Shown here: positions 45,209 through 60,897 of the stretch, in pieces
Layout: the number at the start of each line of letters is the position of its first letter
Position numbering within the stretch: position 1 is the first letter of the stretch
Source of the DNA: Pseudomonadales bacterium
GTDB taxonomy: Bacteria > Pseudomonadota > Gammaproteobacteria > Pseudomonadales > Pseudohongiellaceae
Length of the DNA stretch: 64,000 nt
NCBI GenBank assembly: GCA_024234325.1
Contig: JACKOJ010000008.1
Location: 35,618-99,617, forward strand
Direction: 5' to 3'
The notes under the pieces: model-generated
Database searches by the model: none
Told to the model about the DNA's origin: nothing
What the model saw: the letters and a program-made list of their open reading frames with translations, nothing else
Translations under genes and position numbers: made by a program

Positions 45209-45317
45209 GCGGATCGGCTGGCAGAGTGACACGCCAACGCGAGTCTCGTGATACTGCCTTTAAAATATTCAAAGAAGACCCGATATAACGCTAAGACAGA
45301 TACTGGAAGAGACTGCT

Positions 45318-46394
45318 ATGAACCAGAAAGAGAACGATAATCTGCACATCGTGCTGCAGGAAGAACTGCCCTCGCCCCGCGAGCTGAAGAACGCCATGCC
45401 CGTGACCGGCGCCGCGCTCGACACCGTGCTTGCCGGGCATAAGGGCGTCAAGAATATTCTCGACCACAAGGATCACCGCCTCATCGTCGTCGTAGGCCCC
45501 TGTTCCATCCACAATGTCGAAGAAGCCATGGCCTATGCCCGCCTGCTCAAACCCCTGGCCGACGAACTCAAAGACACCCTCATGATCGTCATGCGCGTCT
45601 ACTTCGAGAAGCCCCGCACGACCGTGGGGTGGGAAGGCCTGATTTATGACCCCAATCTCGACGGCACCCACCGCATCGAGCACGGCCTGCGCATCGGGCG
45701 TCAGCTCATGCTCGACATCAACGCCCTCGGTCTTCCCATCGCCATTGAAGCACTCGACCTGATTTCCCCGCAGTATCTGCAGGATCTCGTGTCATGGACG
45801 GCAATCGGCGCGCGCACCACCGAGTCGCCCACCCATCGCAAACTCTCCAGCGGCATTTCCTCCGCGGTCGGTTTCAAGAACAACGTGGACGGCAGCCTGA
45901 CGGTGGCCGTGAACGCGATCCGTTCCGCGTCCTCCGCCAACTCCTTCATCAGCATCACGGAAGAGGGCCGGGTGGCCGCCTTCCGTACCTCCGGTAACCC
46001 GCACTGCCACGTCATTCTGCGCGGCGGCAAGGAACCGAACTACGATGCCGCCAGTGTTGCCCAGTGCGAGGACGATCTGCGCAAGGCGAACCTGCCGCTG
46101 AACCTGATGGTGGACTGCAGTCATGGCAATTCCCAGAAGCAGCACCTGCGGCAACTGGACGTGCTGAAAGACGTGACGCAGCAGATCGTCAACGGCAACC
46201 GATCCATTATCGGCGTGATGCTGGAGAGCAATCTGTGCGAGGGCAATCAGCCGATTCCCGACGATCTGGAAGAGATCAAATACGGGGTCTCCGTCACCGA
46301 CGCCTGCGTCAACTGGGAGAGCACAGAGTCGGCGCTGCGGGACATGGCGGCGAAGCTGCGGACAGTGCTTCCCACGCGTCGCAAGGCGCAGTAA
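45318..46394 (+). CDS. 3-deoxy-7-phosphoheptulonate (DAHP) synthase, class I
   Basis: 358 aa. LIVVVGPCSIH, KPRT and DCSHGNS motifs. The isoenzyme (Phe/Tyr/Trp-sensitive) cannot be told from sequence alone. Confidence 0.92.
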   Translation: MNQKENDNLHIVLQEELPSPRELKNAMPVTGAALDTVLAGHKGVKNILDHKDHRLIVVVGPCSIHNVEEAMAYARLLKPLADELKDTLMIVMRVYFEKPRTTVGWEGLIYDPNLDGTHRIEHGLRIGRQLMLDINALGLPIAIEALDLISPQYLQDLVSWTAIGARTTESPTHRKLSSGISSAVGFKNNVDGSLTVAVNAIRSASSANSFISITEEGRVAAFRTSGNPHCHVILRGGKEPNYDAASVAQCEDDLRKANLPLNLMVDCSHGNSQKQHLRQLDVLKDVTQQIVNGNRSIIGVMLESNLCEGNQPIPDDLEEIKYGVSVTDACVNWESTESALRDMAAKLRTVLPTRRKAQ

Positions 46395-46440
46395 ACCGGG
46401 CGAGAGAACGCCAGGCCTGGGAAACCGCGCGCAATAAAAT

Positions 46441-46465
46441 AGGCAGCCCGGTGGCTGCCTTTTTT
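46441..46465 (+). terminator. Rho-independent terminator after the DAHP synthase gene (probably bidirectional)
   Basis: AGGCAGCC-CGGT-GGCTGCCT followed by a T-run; A-rich tract upstream. Confidence 0.75.
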
Positions 46466-46501
46466 GTTTCCGGAACCCTGGCTCCGGCACTCCACCGACA
46501 A

Positions 46502-47695
46502 TCAGCCGATGACTTTCTTGATGCTGTTGACCAGGTAGTCAATATTGTGGTGGTTGATGCCGGCAACGTTGATGCGGCTGGAATCCACCAGATAGATACT
46601 GTAATCCTTCACCAGCGTCTGTACCTCTGCCACGCTCATGCCGAGGAAAGAGAACATGCCCTTCTCGTGCTGAATGAAGCGGAAATCGCGGCTCACACCG
46701 GCGGCATGCAGACGCTCCACCAGCAAACCGCGCAGGCTGTTGATGCGCTCGCGCATCTGCGTCAGTTCCTGTTCCCAGTCCGCGCGCAGCGCGCTGTCCT
46801 GCAGAATCATTTCCACCACCGTGGCGCCGTGATCCGGCGGCATGGAATAGATGCCACGCGCCGTGGAGGCGATCAGGCTGGCGGCTGCCTTTGAGGATGC
46901 TGCGTTCTCACAGATCACGGTCAGGGCGCCCACGCGCTCGCGGTAGAGCCCGAAATTCTTGGAGCAGGAGCTGACGATGACCAGTTCCGGCAGGGCGTCG
47001 CCCAGCAGGCGGACCCCGTAGCAATCTTCGTCCACGCCATCGCCCAGTCCCTGATAGGCCAGATCGATGAAGGGAGTAAAGCCGTTCTTCAGCGCCAGGT
47101 CACGCACGGCAGCCCATTGCTCGTGATTCAGATCGGCCCCGCAGGGGTTGTGGCAGCAGCCGTGCAGGAGTACCAGATCGCCCACTTTGGCCTGCTGCAG
47201 CGCGGCCATCATGTCGTCGAAGCGGATGCTGTGGGTGCTGTAGTCGTAGTAGGGGTATTTCTCGATCTGCAGCCCGGCATCGCCCAGCAGCGGGATGTGG
47301 TTGGCCCAGGTCGGGTCGCTCACAAAGATGCGTGCGCCGGGCTTGCTCTTGTTGATGAACTCCGCTGCCAGACGCAGGCCGCCGCAGCCACCCGGTGTCT
47401 GGAAGGTGCAGCGGCGATCCTTTGTCTTGTCAGCAAGCGCCTTGCCCAGCACCAATTCTGCCACTTCTTCGTTGTACAGCACGGCACCAGCGGGTCCCAC
47501 ATAGGTCTTGGTCTTCTGGCTGGCCAGCAGGCGGGTCTCGGCCTCCTTCACGGCGCGCATGACGGGGGTGTCACCGGCTTCGTCCTTGTAGACGCCAACG
47601 CCGAGGTCGATCTTGCGGGGATTGCTGTCAGCGCGGTACGCACTCATGAGTCCCAGAATGGGATCGGCGGCGAGGGGGCTGAGGTGCTGGAACAT
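46502..47695 (-). CDS. Aromatic-amino-acid/aspartate aminotransferase (class I, TyrB/AspC type)
   Basis: MFQHL...DPILGL...IDLGVGVYKDE...SCSKNFGLYRERVG (PLP-Lys). 397 aa. Confidence 0.9.
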   Translation of the reverse strand: MFQHLSPLAADPILGLMSAYRADSNPRKIDLGVGVYKDEAGDTPVMRAVKEAETRLLASQKTKTYVGPAGAVLYNEEVAELVLGKALADKTKDRRCTFQTPGGCGGLRLAAEFINKSKPGARIFVSDPTWANHIPLLGDAGLQIEKYPYYDYSTHSIRFDDMMAALQQAKVGDLVLLHGCCHNPCGADLNHEQWAAVRDLALKNGFTPFIDLAYQGLGDGVDEDCYGVRLLGDALPELVIVSSCSKNFGLYRERVGALTVICENAASSKAAASLIASTARGIYSMPPDHGATVVEMILQDSALRADWEQELTQMRERINSLRGLLVERLHAAGVSRDFRFIQHEKGMFSFLGMSVAEVQTLVKDYSIYLVDSSRINVAGINHHNIDYLVNSIKKVIG

Positions 47696-47726
47696 GGGAG
47701 TACTCCGGTCAGGGGTTCGCTGTTGT

Positions 47727-48608
47727 TTATTTCTGCAGGTGCATGGCCTGGGCTTTGAGTGTGTTCATCAGCAGTGCTGCCCGCGTCATGGGGCCGACGC
47801 CACCGGGAACCGGGGTGATGAACGAACACTTGTCCTTCACTGCCTCGAAGTCCACGTCGCCGACCAGACGGAAACCGGAGGGACGTGTGCTGTCTTCCAC
47901 GCGGGTGATGCCGACGTCGATCACCACCGCGCCGTCCTTCACCATGGACTCATTGACGAAATTGGGTTTGCCGATGGCGACGATGAGAATGTCGGCAGTG
48001 CGACAGATGGCGGCCATGTCCGGGGTGCGGCTGTGCACCAGGGTGACCGTGGCATTGCCCGGGTTGCTGTTGCGCGACATCAGAATGGACATGGGGGTGC
48101 CGACGATGCTGCTGCGCCCCACCACCACGCAGTGTTTGCCGGCTGTCTCGATCTTGTAGCGCGCCAGCAGTTCCATGATGCCGTGTGGCGTGGCGGAGAC
48201 GAAGGTAGGCAGACCCAGGGTCATGCGACCCACGCTGGCGGGGGAGAACCCGTCCACGTCCTTCATGGGATCGATGGCAAGGGTTACCCGTGTCTCGTCG
48301 ATGTGCCTGGGCAGAGGCACCTGCACGATGAAGCCGTCGATGTTCTTGTCCTTGTTCAGGTGGTCGATGCGGCTCAGCAGCTCCGCTTCCGTGACATCGG
48401 CGTCCAGACGAATCAGGGTGGATTCAAAACCCACCTGGCGGCAGTCGAGTACCTTGTTGTTCACATAGGTTTCGCTGGCCCCGTCATTGCCTACCAGAAT
48501 GGCGGCGAGGTGGGGCACCTTGCCACCACTGGCCTTGATGATGTTGACCTGCTCTGCGATCTCGGCCTTGATCTGTTCCGAAGTCAGTTTGCCGTCGAGT
48601 AATTGCAT
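47727..48608 (-). CDS. folD: Bifunctional methylenetetrahydrofolate dehydrogenase/cyclohydrolase
   Basis: LLDGK..., [11 protein letters not shown] and [11 protein letters not shown] motifs. Confidence 0.95.
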   Translation of the reverse strand: MQLLDGKLTSEQIKAEIAEQVNIIKASGGKVPHLAAILVGNDGASETYVNNKVLDCRQVGFESTLIRLDADVTEAELLSRIDHLNKDKNIDGFIVQVPLPRHIDETRVTLAIDPMKDVDGFSPASVGRMTLGLPTFVSATPHGIMELLARYKIETAGKHCVVVGRSSIVGTPMSILMSRNSNPGNATVTLVHSRTPDMAAICRTADILIVAIGKPNFVNESMVKDGAVVIDVGITRVEDSTRPSGFRLVGDVDFEAVKDKCSFITPVPGGVGPMTRAALLMNTLKAQAMHLQK

Positions 48609-48640
48609 GGCGTGTTTCCCGCGTCAGTAAAAGAAAGAGG

Positions 48641-49060
48641 TTACCACTTGCCGGTGTTCGGCATGCTCTGCCAGGGCTCCTGCGGGGGCAGGGGCGTGCC
48701 CTCCTGCAGCAGCTCAATGGATATATTGTCCGGCGAGCGGATAAAGGCCATGCGGCCGTCGCGAGGGGGGCGGTTGATGGTCACGCCCTTGCTCTGCAAG
48801 GCCTCGCAGGTGGCGTAGATATCCTTCACGCAATAGGCCAGGTGGCCGAAGTTGCGGCCCTCGCCATAGGCTTCCGGATCCCAGTTCCAGGTCAGCTCGA
48901 TCTGGGCGTCTTCGTCACCGGGCGCCGCCAGGAAGACCAGCGTGAATCGCCCCTGTTCGCTTTCGCGCCGCTGCAATTCCTGCAGACCCAGCTTGTTGCA
49001 GTAGAAATCCAGAGAGGCGTCCAGGTCGCTGACACGGACCATGGTGTGCAGATATTTCAT
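48641..49060 (-). CDS. gloA: Lactoylglutathione lyase (glyoxalase I)
   Basis: [22 protein letters not shown]...ELTWNW...GHLAY. 139 aa. Confidence 0.9.
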   Translation of the reverse strand: MKYLHTMVRVSDLDASLDFYCNKLGLQELQRRESEQGRFTLVFLAAPGDEDAQIELTWNWDPEAYGEGRNFGHLAYCVKDIYATCEALQSKGVTINRPPRDGRMAFIRSPDNISIELLQEGTPLPPQEPWQSMPNTGKW

Positions 49061-49082
49061 CTCGTGGCTCCTTTTCGGCTTC

Positions 49083-49493
49083 TCAGGGTTTGCGGGTCAG
49101 GGTGATGGGAATGAATTCCCCGGCCTGGCTCCAGTCGCCGTCGATGCGCACGGGCTTGCCGTCCGTGCCCAGATCGGCGTGAATAGTGCCGTAGTACTCG
49201 CCGCGAATGCGCGGCAGGGTGAAACGCACGTCGCGGCCGGTGCGGACGATGTTCTCGATGGCAATGGCCATCATCCCGGCTGAGGGATCGTCAAAGGTGC
49301 CGCTAAGCACGCCGTCGGTCTCGACCAGGGTAAACGTGACCTCGCGGTCGCCGTCGATATTGATGTTGTAGGAGCCTTTCCACACTCCCACGAGGTCGGA
49401 CTGCTGGGCGAGGGCAAAAGAGGCCAGCGACAGGCCCAGCACTGCGAGCAGGAGGCGGGCGAAGGCGAGAGGGTGGAAACGGTTGCGCTGCAT
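49083..49493 (-). CDS. Exported hypothetical protein (136 aa)
   Basis: Signal peptide [10 protein letters not shown]. No recognisable catalytic motif. Confidence 0.5.
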   Translation of the reverse strand: MQRNRFHPLAFARLLLAVLGLSLASFALAQQSDLVGVWKGSYNINIDGDREVTFTLVETDGVLSGTFDDPSAGMMAIAIENIVRTGRDVRFTLPRIRGEYYGTIHADLGTDGKPVRIDGDWSQAGEFIPITLTRKP

Positions 49494-49609
49494 GATTCTT
49501 TTTCCTTGGAGGCTGGATGCGACGGCGCTCAGCTCTCCTGTGGTTCTGTATGCGGCGTATTATAGGGGAAGGCCCGGATGGGGCACAGGAAAAATTCAGG
49601 AGGAGCGGT

Positions 49610-49972
49610 GTGGAGAAAGCCAATCTATTGCGGGGGCTGCCGGACGCAGGTGCAGCGGAGCAGTTTGAACCCCTGCTGGAGGCTGAGGGTGTGCTGGTGG
49701 AGCGCATCACCTCGCGGGGGCAGTGCAGTGCTGCGGATGACTGGTATCAGTCAGCACGGGCCGAATGGGTGACGGTGGTGCAGGGGCGGGCGCGCCTGAT
49801 GTGGGAGGATGGTTCTGTGCTGGAGATGGAGGCGGGCGACCATGTCACCATTCCTGCCGGGTGCCGTCATCGGGTGGACTGGACCGACCCGGCTCAGGAC
49901 ACGGTGTGGCTGGCGGTGCATCTGCCGGAATCAAGGGGGCAGGCTCCTACGGTGAGAAATCAAGGAACCTGA
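49610..49972 (+). CDS. Cupin-domain protein
   Basis: Cupin beta-barrel pattern (GDHVTIPAGCRHRV). GTG start at 49610 is preceded by AGGAGGAG. The track start at 49517 lacks support. Confidence 0.6.
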   Translation: MEKANLLRGLPDAGAAEQFEPLLEAEGVLVERITSRGQCSAADDWYQSARAEWVTVVQGRARLMWEDGSVLEMEAGDHVTIPAGCRHRVDWTDPAQDTVWLAVHLPESRGQAPTVRNQGT

Positions 49973-49984
49973 CCCCTTGATGCA

Positions 49985-50019
49985 AAAAAAAACGGCCCCG
50001 GAAAAACCCTCCGGAGCCG
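49985..50019 (-). terminator. Rho-independent terminator of the 50042-51055 gene
   Basis: CGGCCCCGGA / TCCGGAGCCG stem with 1 mismatch. A8 on the plus strand gives U8 in the transcribed sense. Confidence 0.65.
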
Positions 50020-50041
50020 TGCTTCACTTTTCGAGCAGTGA

Positions 50042-51055
50042 TTACAGCTTGGTGTACACGTACTTCAGCTTGTAGCTGCTGCTGACGGTAAACCCGTTGG
50101 ACGTGGTGGAACCGGTGAACTCGATGACAAAGGAGAACTCGGCGCCCGCTGTGCTGACTTCAGACACGTTGATGGTGCCTGTGAAGTTCACGTCGGTCAG
50201 GGCCTTCTTCACGGCATCACGAATGTCATCGATGTCGCTGGACTTCGGTGCGTCGATCTTGTCGATCACCAGCGGCCCGAACGCTACAGACACCCCGAAG
50301 GTTGCCACAGTACCGGTCACGCTGAGTTTGTAGTCACCCTGGGGAATGGTCGGAACTTCCACAGTCGTCCCGCTCAGCTCGGACAAAATGGCATCCAGGG
50401 TACCCGCTTCCTTCGGTGAATTGCCGTATTCGCCGCCCATCACATAGACCTTTCCATCGGCGATGGCCAGGTACATGCCGGTGCTGGGGTAGTGGCGGTA
50501 GGTGTATCCCTCAAGCGTCTGGTTCACCGCGTTGGCGCTGGCCGGGAAATACTGGGCGAACTTCTCCTGGGCCTTGGTGAACAGCTCATTGATCTTGGTC
50601 AGGTCCGGCGTTGGAGTCGTGGTGCTGCCACAGCCGGTGGTGGAAGTGCTTGTCTTGCTGCCACGCAGTTGTCCCCACCAGGTGCCGGAGGTGGAACCCA
50701 CGTTGATTTCGTTATAGCCATTGACCAGGCTGGACAGGGCCAGTTCGATGCCGACGGTGGATTCCTTCCAGATGGCCTCGTGCTGGTTGCCGTTGCGCAG
50801 CACCGGATTGGTCAGCGTGTAGCCGCCCACACACATGGTGTTGCCAGGAGCAATCACGACAGTAACAGCGGTGCCGTTGCTGATCGGTGAACCTGCCTGG
50901 GCATAGTCGTAAGTCAGCTCATAGGTTCCTTCGAAGGAGCTGGGCACGGTGGCCGGGGTTTCCTGCGCCAGGGCAGCGGTGCTGGCCAGAGCGGCGGTCA
51001 GCAGGGCCGCACAGGTGCGGGTAAATGTGTGACGGGGGGTATTGGCAGCTTTCAT
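50042..51055 (-). CDS. Exported two-domain hypothetical protein with a Ser/Thr-rich linker
   Basis: Start trimmed to MKAANTPRH...ALASTAALAQ (signal peptide). Linker GSKTSTSTTGCGSTTTPTPD. No family recognised. Confidence 0.6.
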   Translation of the reverse strand: MKAANTPRHTFTRTCAALLTAALASTAALAQETPATVPSSFEGTYELTYDYAQAGSPISNGTAVTVVIAPGNTMCVGGYTLTNPVLRNGNQHEAIWKESTVGIELALSSLVNGYNEINVGSTSGTWWGQLRGSKTSTSTTGCGSTTTPTPDLTKINELFTKAQEKFAQYFPASANAVNQTLEGYTYRHYPSTGMYLAIADGKVYVMGGEYGNSPKEAGTLDAILSELSGTTVEVPTIPQGDYKLSVTGTVATFGVSVAFGPLVIDKIDAPKSSDIDDIRDAVKKALTDVNFTGTINVSEVSTAGAEFSFVIEFTGSTTSNGFTVSSSYKLKYVYTKL

Positions 51056-51206
51056 TGATTTTCTCTCCGAACGAGGACGGCTGAATGAAAAAGGAGACGG
51101 CACGAACCACTTGGAATTCGTTCAGGAAAGCGTAACGGGAAGGGGTTTGGCAACAAACCCCCCGATCAGGGGGTTGCTGCAGAAATGTCGGGAAATCAGC
51201 GGGATA

Positions 51207-52313
51207 TCAGTACAGGATGACGGAGCGGATGCTCTTGCCTTCGTGCATCAGATCGAAGGCCTTGTTGATGTCTTCCAGCGGCATGGTGTGGGTAATCAGC
51301 GGGTCGATGCTGATCTTGTTGTTCATATACCAGTCCACAATTCGGGGAACGTCTGTGCGCCCCCTGGCGCCGCCGAAGGCACTGCCGCGCCAGGAGCGGC
51401 CGGTCACCAACTGGAAGGGGCGGGTGGAGATTTCCTGTCCCGCTCCGGCCACCCCGATGATGAAGGATTCGCCCCAGCCCTTGTGGGTGCACTCCAGCGC
51501 CTGTCTCATGGTCCTCACATTGCCGATGCACTCGAAGCTGTAGTCCACGCCGCCACGGGTGATCTCGATGATGTGGGCAGTCACGTCGTCCACGTCCTTC
51601 GGGTTGACGAAGTCGGTCATGCCGAACTGGCGCGCCAGGGCCACCTTGTCGGGGTTGAGGTCCACCCCGATGATGCGATCAGCCCCTGCCATGCGGGCCC
51701 CCTGAATCACGTTCAGGCCGATGCCGCCGAGGCCGAACACCGCCACCGTGCTGCCGGGCTCCACCTTGGCATCGAAGACCACGGCGCCAATGCCGGTGGT
51801 GACGCCGCAGCCGATGTAGCAGATCTTGTCGAAGGGCGCATCGCTGCGCACCTTGGCCACGGCAATCTCGGGCAGTACGGTGTAGTTGGAGAAGGTCGAG
51901 CAGCCCATGTAATGCAGAATGGGTTTGCCCTCGAAGGAGAAGCGGCTGGTGCCGTCGGGCATCAGACCCTTGCCCTGGGTGGCGCGAATGGCCTGGCAGA
52001 GATTGGTCTTGGGGTGCAGGCAGAACTCGCACTGGCGACACTCCGGGGTGTACAGCGGAATCACGGTGTCCCCGGGCTTGACCGAGGTGACGCCGGGGCC
52101 GACCTCGACCACCACGCCTGCGCCCTCATGTCCCAGGATCGCCGGGAAAGCCCCCTCGGGGTCGTCCCCGGACAGGGTGAAGGCGTCGGTGTGACACACG
52201 CCAGTGGCCTTGATCTCGACCAGCACCTCGCCAGCGCGAGGGCCTTCCAGATCGACTTCAACGATTTCCAGGGGTTTGCCGGCGGCAAAGGCAACAGCGG
52301 CGCGGGATTTCAT
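51207..52313 (-). CDS. adhC: S-(hydroxymethyl)glutathione dehydrogenase / class III alcohol dehydrogenase
   Basis: 368 aa. [14 protein letters not shown] and GLGGIGL motifs, with the class III signature region. Confidence 0.92.
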   Translation of the reverse strand: MKSRAAVAFAAGKPLEIVEVDLEGPRAGEVLVEIKATGVCHTDAFTLSGDDPEGAFPAILGHEGAGVVVEVGPGVTSVKPGDTVIPLYTPECRQCEFCLHPKTNLCQAIRATQGKGLMPDGTSRFSFEGKPILHYMGCSTFSNYTVLPEIAVAKVRSDAPFDKICYIGCGVTTGIGAVVFDAKVEPGSTVAVFGLGGIGLNVIQGARMAGADRIIGVDLNPDKVALARQFGMTDFVNPKDVDDVTAHIIEITRGGVDYSFECIGNVRTMRQALECTHKGWGESFIIGVAGAGQEISTRPFQLVTGRSWRGSAFGGARGRTDVPRIVDWYMNNKISIDPLITHTMPLEDINKAFDLMHEGKSIRSVILY

Positions 52314-52483
52314 AGGCGTGTCCTTCTCATGAATGGGGGTCCTGGGCCGATTGTAAACAGGGGCAGTTCAGCGACGCAAATGGTGGTACCATCATGCGCC
52401 GCGAAAGGCCGCACAATATCAGAACGGCGTAATCCGAAGGCTCAGGCCGGAAGCAGCGCCGCAAACACGGATGCAACACACTC

Positions 52484-53353
52484 ATGAACCAGAAAGAACC
52501 CCGTCAATACGTCCTCACCGTCTCCTGCCCGGAGGCCAATGGCATCGTGCGTGCCGTGAGTGACTTTCTCTTCCAGCGCGGCGCTACCATCAGCGATGCC
52601 GCCCAGCACCGGGACCCGGTCATTGACCGCTTCTTCATGCGGGTGGAATTCGAGGAGGCGGGGCATGACCTGCCGCACCGGGAACAGCTCGACGCGGATT
52701 TCGGCGAGCTGGCGCGCAGTTTCGACATGCAGTGGAATTTCTTCGACATGGCGGTACGCCCGCGCGTGCTGCTGGCGGTATCGAAGCATGGGCATTGTCT
52801 GCACGACATCCTGCACCGCTGGAGCAGCGGCATGCTGCCTGCCGATGTTGTTGGCGTGGTTTCCAATCACGAGGACATGCGCGGCATCACCGAGTGGTAC
52901 AACATCCCCTACCATTACCTGCCGGTCGGCCCGGAGAACAAGGCCGAGCAGGAGGATGCGATTCTGGAGGTCATCCGCGCCAACAATGTGGATCTCCTGG
53001 CACTGGCGCGCTACATGCAGATTCTCTCACCCAAGATGTGTGAGGCCATGGCGGGGCGGGCGATCAATATCCACCATTCTTTCCTGCCGGGCTTCAAGGG
53101 CGCCAACCCTTACCGCCAGGCCTATATGCGCGGCGTGAAGATCATTGGCGCCACCGCTCATTATGTGACGACCGATCTCGACGAAGGCCCGATCATCGAA
53201 CAGGCGGTGGAGCGCATCGACCACAACTTCGATATCGACGAGCTGGTGCAGATCGGCCGCGATGCCGAGTGTGCGGCGTTTGCCCGCGCGCTGAAGTGGC
53301 ACTGCGAGCACCGCATCATCGTCAACGGCAACAAGACGGTCGTCTTCAAATAG
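52484..53353 (+). CDS. purU: Formyltetrahydrofolate deformylase
   Basis: N-terminal ACT domain plus formyltransferase core (INIHHSFLPGFKGA...TAHYVT.DLDEGPII). Confidence 0.92.
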   Translation: MNQKEPRQYVLTVSCPEANGIVRAVSDFLFQRGATISDAAQHRDPVIDRFFMRVEFEEAGHDLPHREQLDADFGELARSFDMQWNFFDMAVRPRVLLAVSKHGHCLHDILHRWSSGMLPADVVGVVSNHEDMRGITEWYNIPYHYLPVGPENKAEQEDAILEVIRANNVDLLALARYMQILSPKMCEAMAGRAINIHHSFLPGFKGANPYRQAYMRGVKIIGATAHYVTTDLDEGPIIEQAVERIDHNFDIDELVQIGRDAECAAFARALKWHCEHRIIVNGNKTVVFK

Positions 53354-53374
53354 ACACCGATGCTGGCACTGCCG

Positions 53375-59032
<5,658 letters not shown>

Positions 59033-59057
59033 GGCGTGAGGGTCTCGATGACGGAGG

Positions 59058-59073
59058 CTGTATTAATATACAG
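59058..59073. promoter_or_regulatory. LexA (SOS) box upstream of the tandem UvrA gene
   Basis: CTGTATTAATATACAG is exactly CTGT-N8-ACAG with an AT-only spacer. It lies 26 nt upstream of the ATG at 59032. Confidence 0.7.
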
Positions 59074-59349
59074 TGATCGTTCTGCTGCTGACAACGGTGA
59101 ATTCAGCCGATTTGCGGTTGAGCAATTTGGCTAAGATGTTGGTTAGATTTCTCAAAAGCAGGGATTTTGCATTCGGTTTAATCTCCATAAAAACATACAA
59201 AACAATGCGTTACTAAAAAATTAAAAGTTGGCGCAGTTTGTGCTCATCTCCTTCCCAAGCAATCGCAGAAGCCGCCAGAAGCTTCGCACGTTCGCCAACC
59301 AGACAAGGCAAACCTTTACGACATTCATCCCTTTGGAGATCACAACATC

Positions 59350-60096
59350 ATGCAGACACACAATCGCCTGTTCAACCGCAAACGCGTCACCCTCATGGGA
59401 GCGCTGCTGATGAGCCTGCTGCCCGTCGTCGTCCTCGCGGAGGACGATTGTACCCATCAGAAGCGAGTGGAGTTCTCTCTGCCCGCCGACGCCGTGCAGA
59501 CACTGGATATCAGCGCCGGTGCGGGTTCCCTGCGGGTTTACAGCACTCCGACTGTCAAAGAGTTTATCGTCAGTGCCCGGCTGTGTACCCGACGCGAGCG
59601 CAATCTGGAAGAAATGGGTGTGGATCACATGGTGCAGGGCGACGTGCTGCACCTGTGGACGAAAATTCCCCGTACCCGCAGCAGCTTCTGGACCGGGGAC
59701 AGCGAGTCCATCGATCTGGAAGTGCAAATCCCGGAAGGCATGGCAGCCCGTATCACGGATGGAAGTGGCAGAGCCTTCATCAGTGGCACCGGCGACCTGG
59801 AAGTGGTGGACGGTTCCGGTGAGCTTGAAATCACCGATATTGCCGGGAATGTCAGAGTGGACGATGGCTCGGGCGGGCTGACCATAGAAGACGTGCGCAG
59901 CAATGTGAGCGTGGATGACGGTTCCGGCGAGATCAACATTGCCCGGGTGGGCGGCTCGGTCACCCTGCGCGACGGCTCTGGCAGCATCAATGTGCACGAG
60001 GTGCAGCAGGAGGTCACGATTCTGGAAGACGGCTCCGGTTCCGTGAACGTGGACCGCGAGATGCGTTACACCTCGGCCGCTGCGAATCTGGAATGA
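59350..60096 (+). CDS. Exported beta-helix-type repeat protein (DUF4097 / putative adhesin-like)
   Basis: Signal peptide LLPVVVLAED and six DGSG-centred repeats. Confidence 0.7.
   Translation: MQTHNRLFNRKRVTLMGALLMSLLPVVVLAEDDCTHQKRVEFSLPADAVQTLDISAGAGSLRVYSTPTVKEFIVSARLCTRRERNLEEMGVDHMVQGDVLHLWTKIPRTRSSFWTGDSESIDLEVQIPEGMAARITDGSGRAFISGTGDLEVVDGSGELEITDIAGNVRVDDGSGGLTIEDVRSNVSVDDGSGEINIARVGGSVTLRDGSGSINVHEVQQEVTILEDGSGSVNVDREMRYTSAAANLE
59752..60054 (+). repeat. Six tandem ~18-aa (~54-nt) DGSG repeats inside the CDS
   Basis: DGSG occurs at aa 137, 154, 172, 190, 208 and 227. Spacings are 17, 18, 18, 18 and 19. Confidence 0.7.
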
Positions 60097-60186
60097 ACGG
60101 GCATTCGGTGATGCGAAAGTCCTGACACCGGGGGAGGTGACCTGTTACCATCTGCGCCCGTATCCTCCAGCGCGTGCGGTTCGCCG

Positions 60187-60897
60187 ATGGAAATCCTGAT
60201 CGCCTGTCTCGTCATCACGATGGGTGCCTTCGTCCAGACCGCCATTGGCTTCGGCCTGGCGGTGGTCGCGGCACCCATTCTCTATTTTCTGGATCCGAAC
60301 TATGTGCCCGCGCCCATCACGATGTGCGCGTTTGTACTGTCCGTGTTCAATGTCTACAGCTATCGCGCACAGGTCTCATTCAAGGGGCTGGGCAGCGCGG
60401 TAGCGGGGCGCATTCCCGGCTCGCTGCTGGGAGCGATGCTATTGGTGTGGATCGATCACGATACGCTGGCGCTGTGGATCGGGCTTTCTGTGCTGGGGGC
60501 TGTGGCGGTCAGCACCAGTTCCCTGCGCTGGCATCCCACGCCCGGACGCATGGCGTTCGCGGGCTTCATGTCGGGCTTTATGGGCACCAGCTCTTCGATT
60601 GGCGGCCCGCCCATGGCGCTGCTGTGGCAGCATCAGGAGGTGAACCTGATTCGCGCCAATCTCGCTGCCTTTTTTACGGTGAGCTGTCTGATGTCGCTGA
60701 TCATCCTCGCGCCCTTCGGGCAGTTCGGCCTGCCCCAGCTCAAACTGGGCCTGCCCCTGCTGCCGGCCACCTTTCTCGGCTTTGTGCTGGCCCGGCGCAG
60801 CATGACCCGTGTGCCGCACCGGCAACTGCGCATGGCATCACTGATGCTGTGCGCAATCACCGGTTTGTACGCGGTGTTCTCCTACTGGCTGGAGTGA
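60187..60897 (+). CDS. TauE/SafE-family anion (sulfite) exporter
   Basis: 236 aa, about 7-8 TM segments, G-rich TM motifs typical of the family. Confidence 0.75.
   Translation: MEILIACLVITMGAFVQTAIGFGLAVVAAPILYFLDPNYVPAPITMCAFVLSVFNVYSYRAQVSFKGLGSAVAGRIPGSLLGAMLLVWIDHDTLALWIGLSVLGAVAVSTSSLRWHPTPGRMAFAGFMSGFMGTSSSIGGPPMALLWQHQEVNLIRANLAAFFTVSCLMSLIILAPFGQFGLPQLKLGLPLLPATFLGFVLARRSMTRVPHRQLRMASLMLCAITGLYAVFSYWLE

Noticed and set aside
44689-45251. Track ORFs of 75-138 aa in the murJ to DAHP-synthase spacer
   Set aside because: They run through the palindromic repeat elements on both strands, have no RBS or motifs, and their open frames are explained by the repeats' GC-rich symmetry.
51042-52487. 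481-aa plus-strand ORF opposite adhC
   Set aside because: Shadow ORF. adhC on the minus strand is unambiguous.
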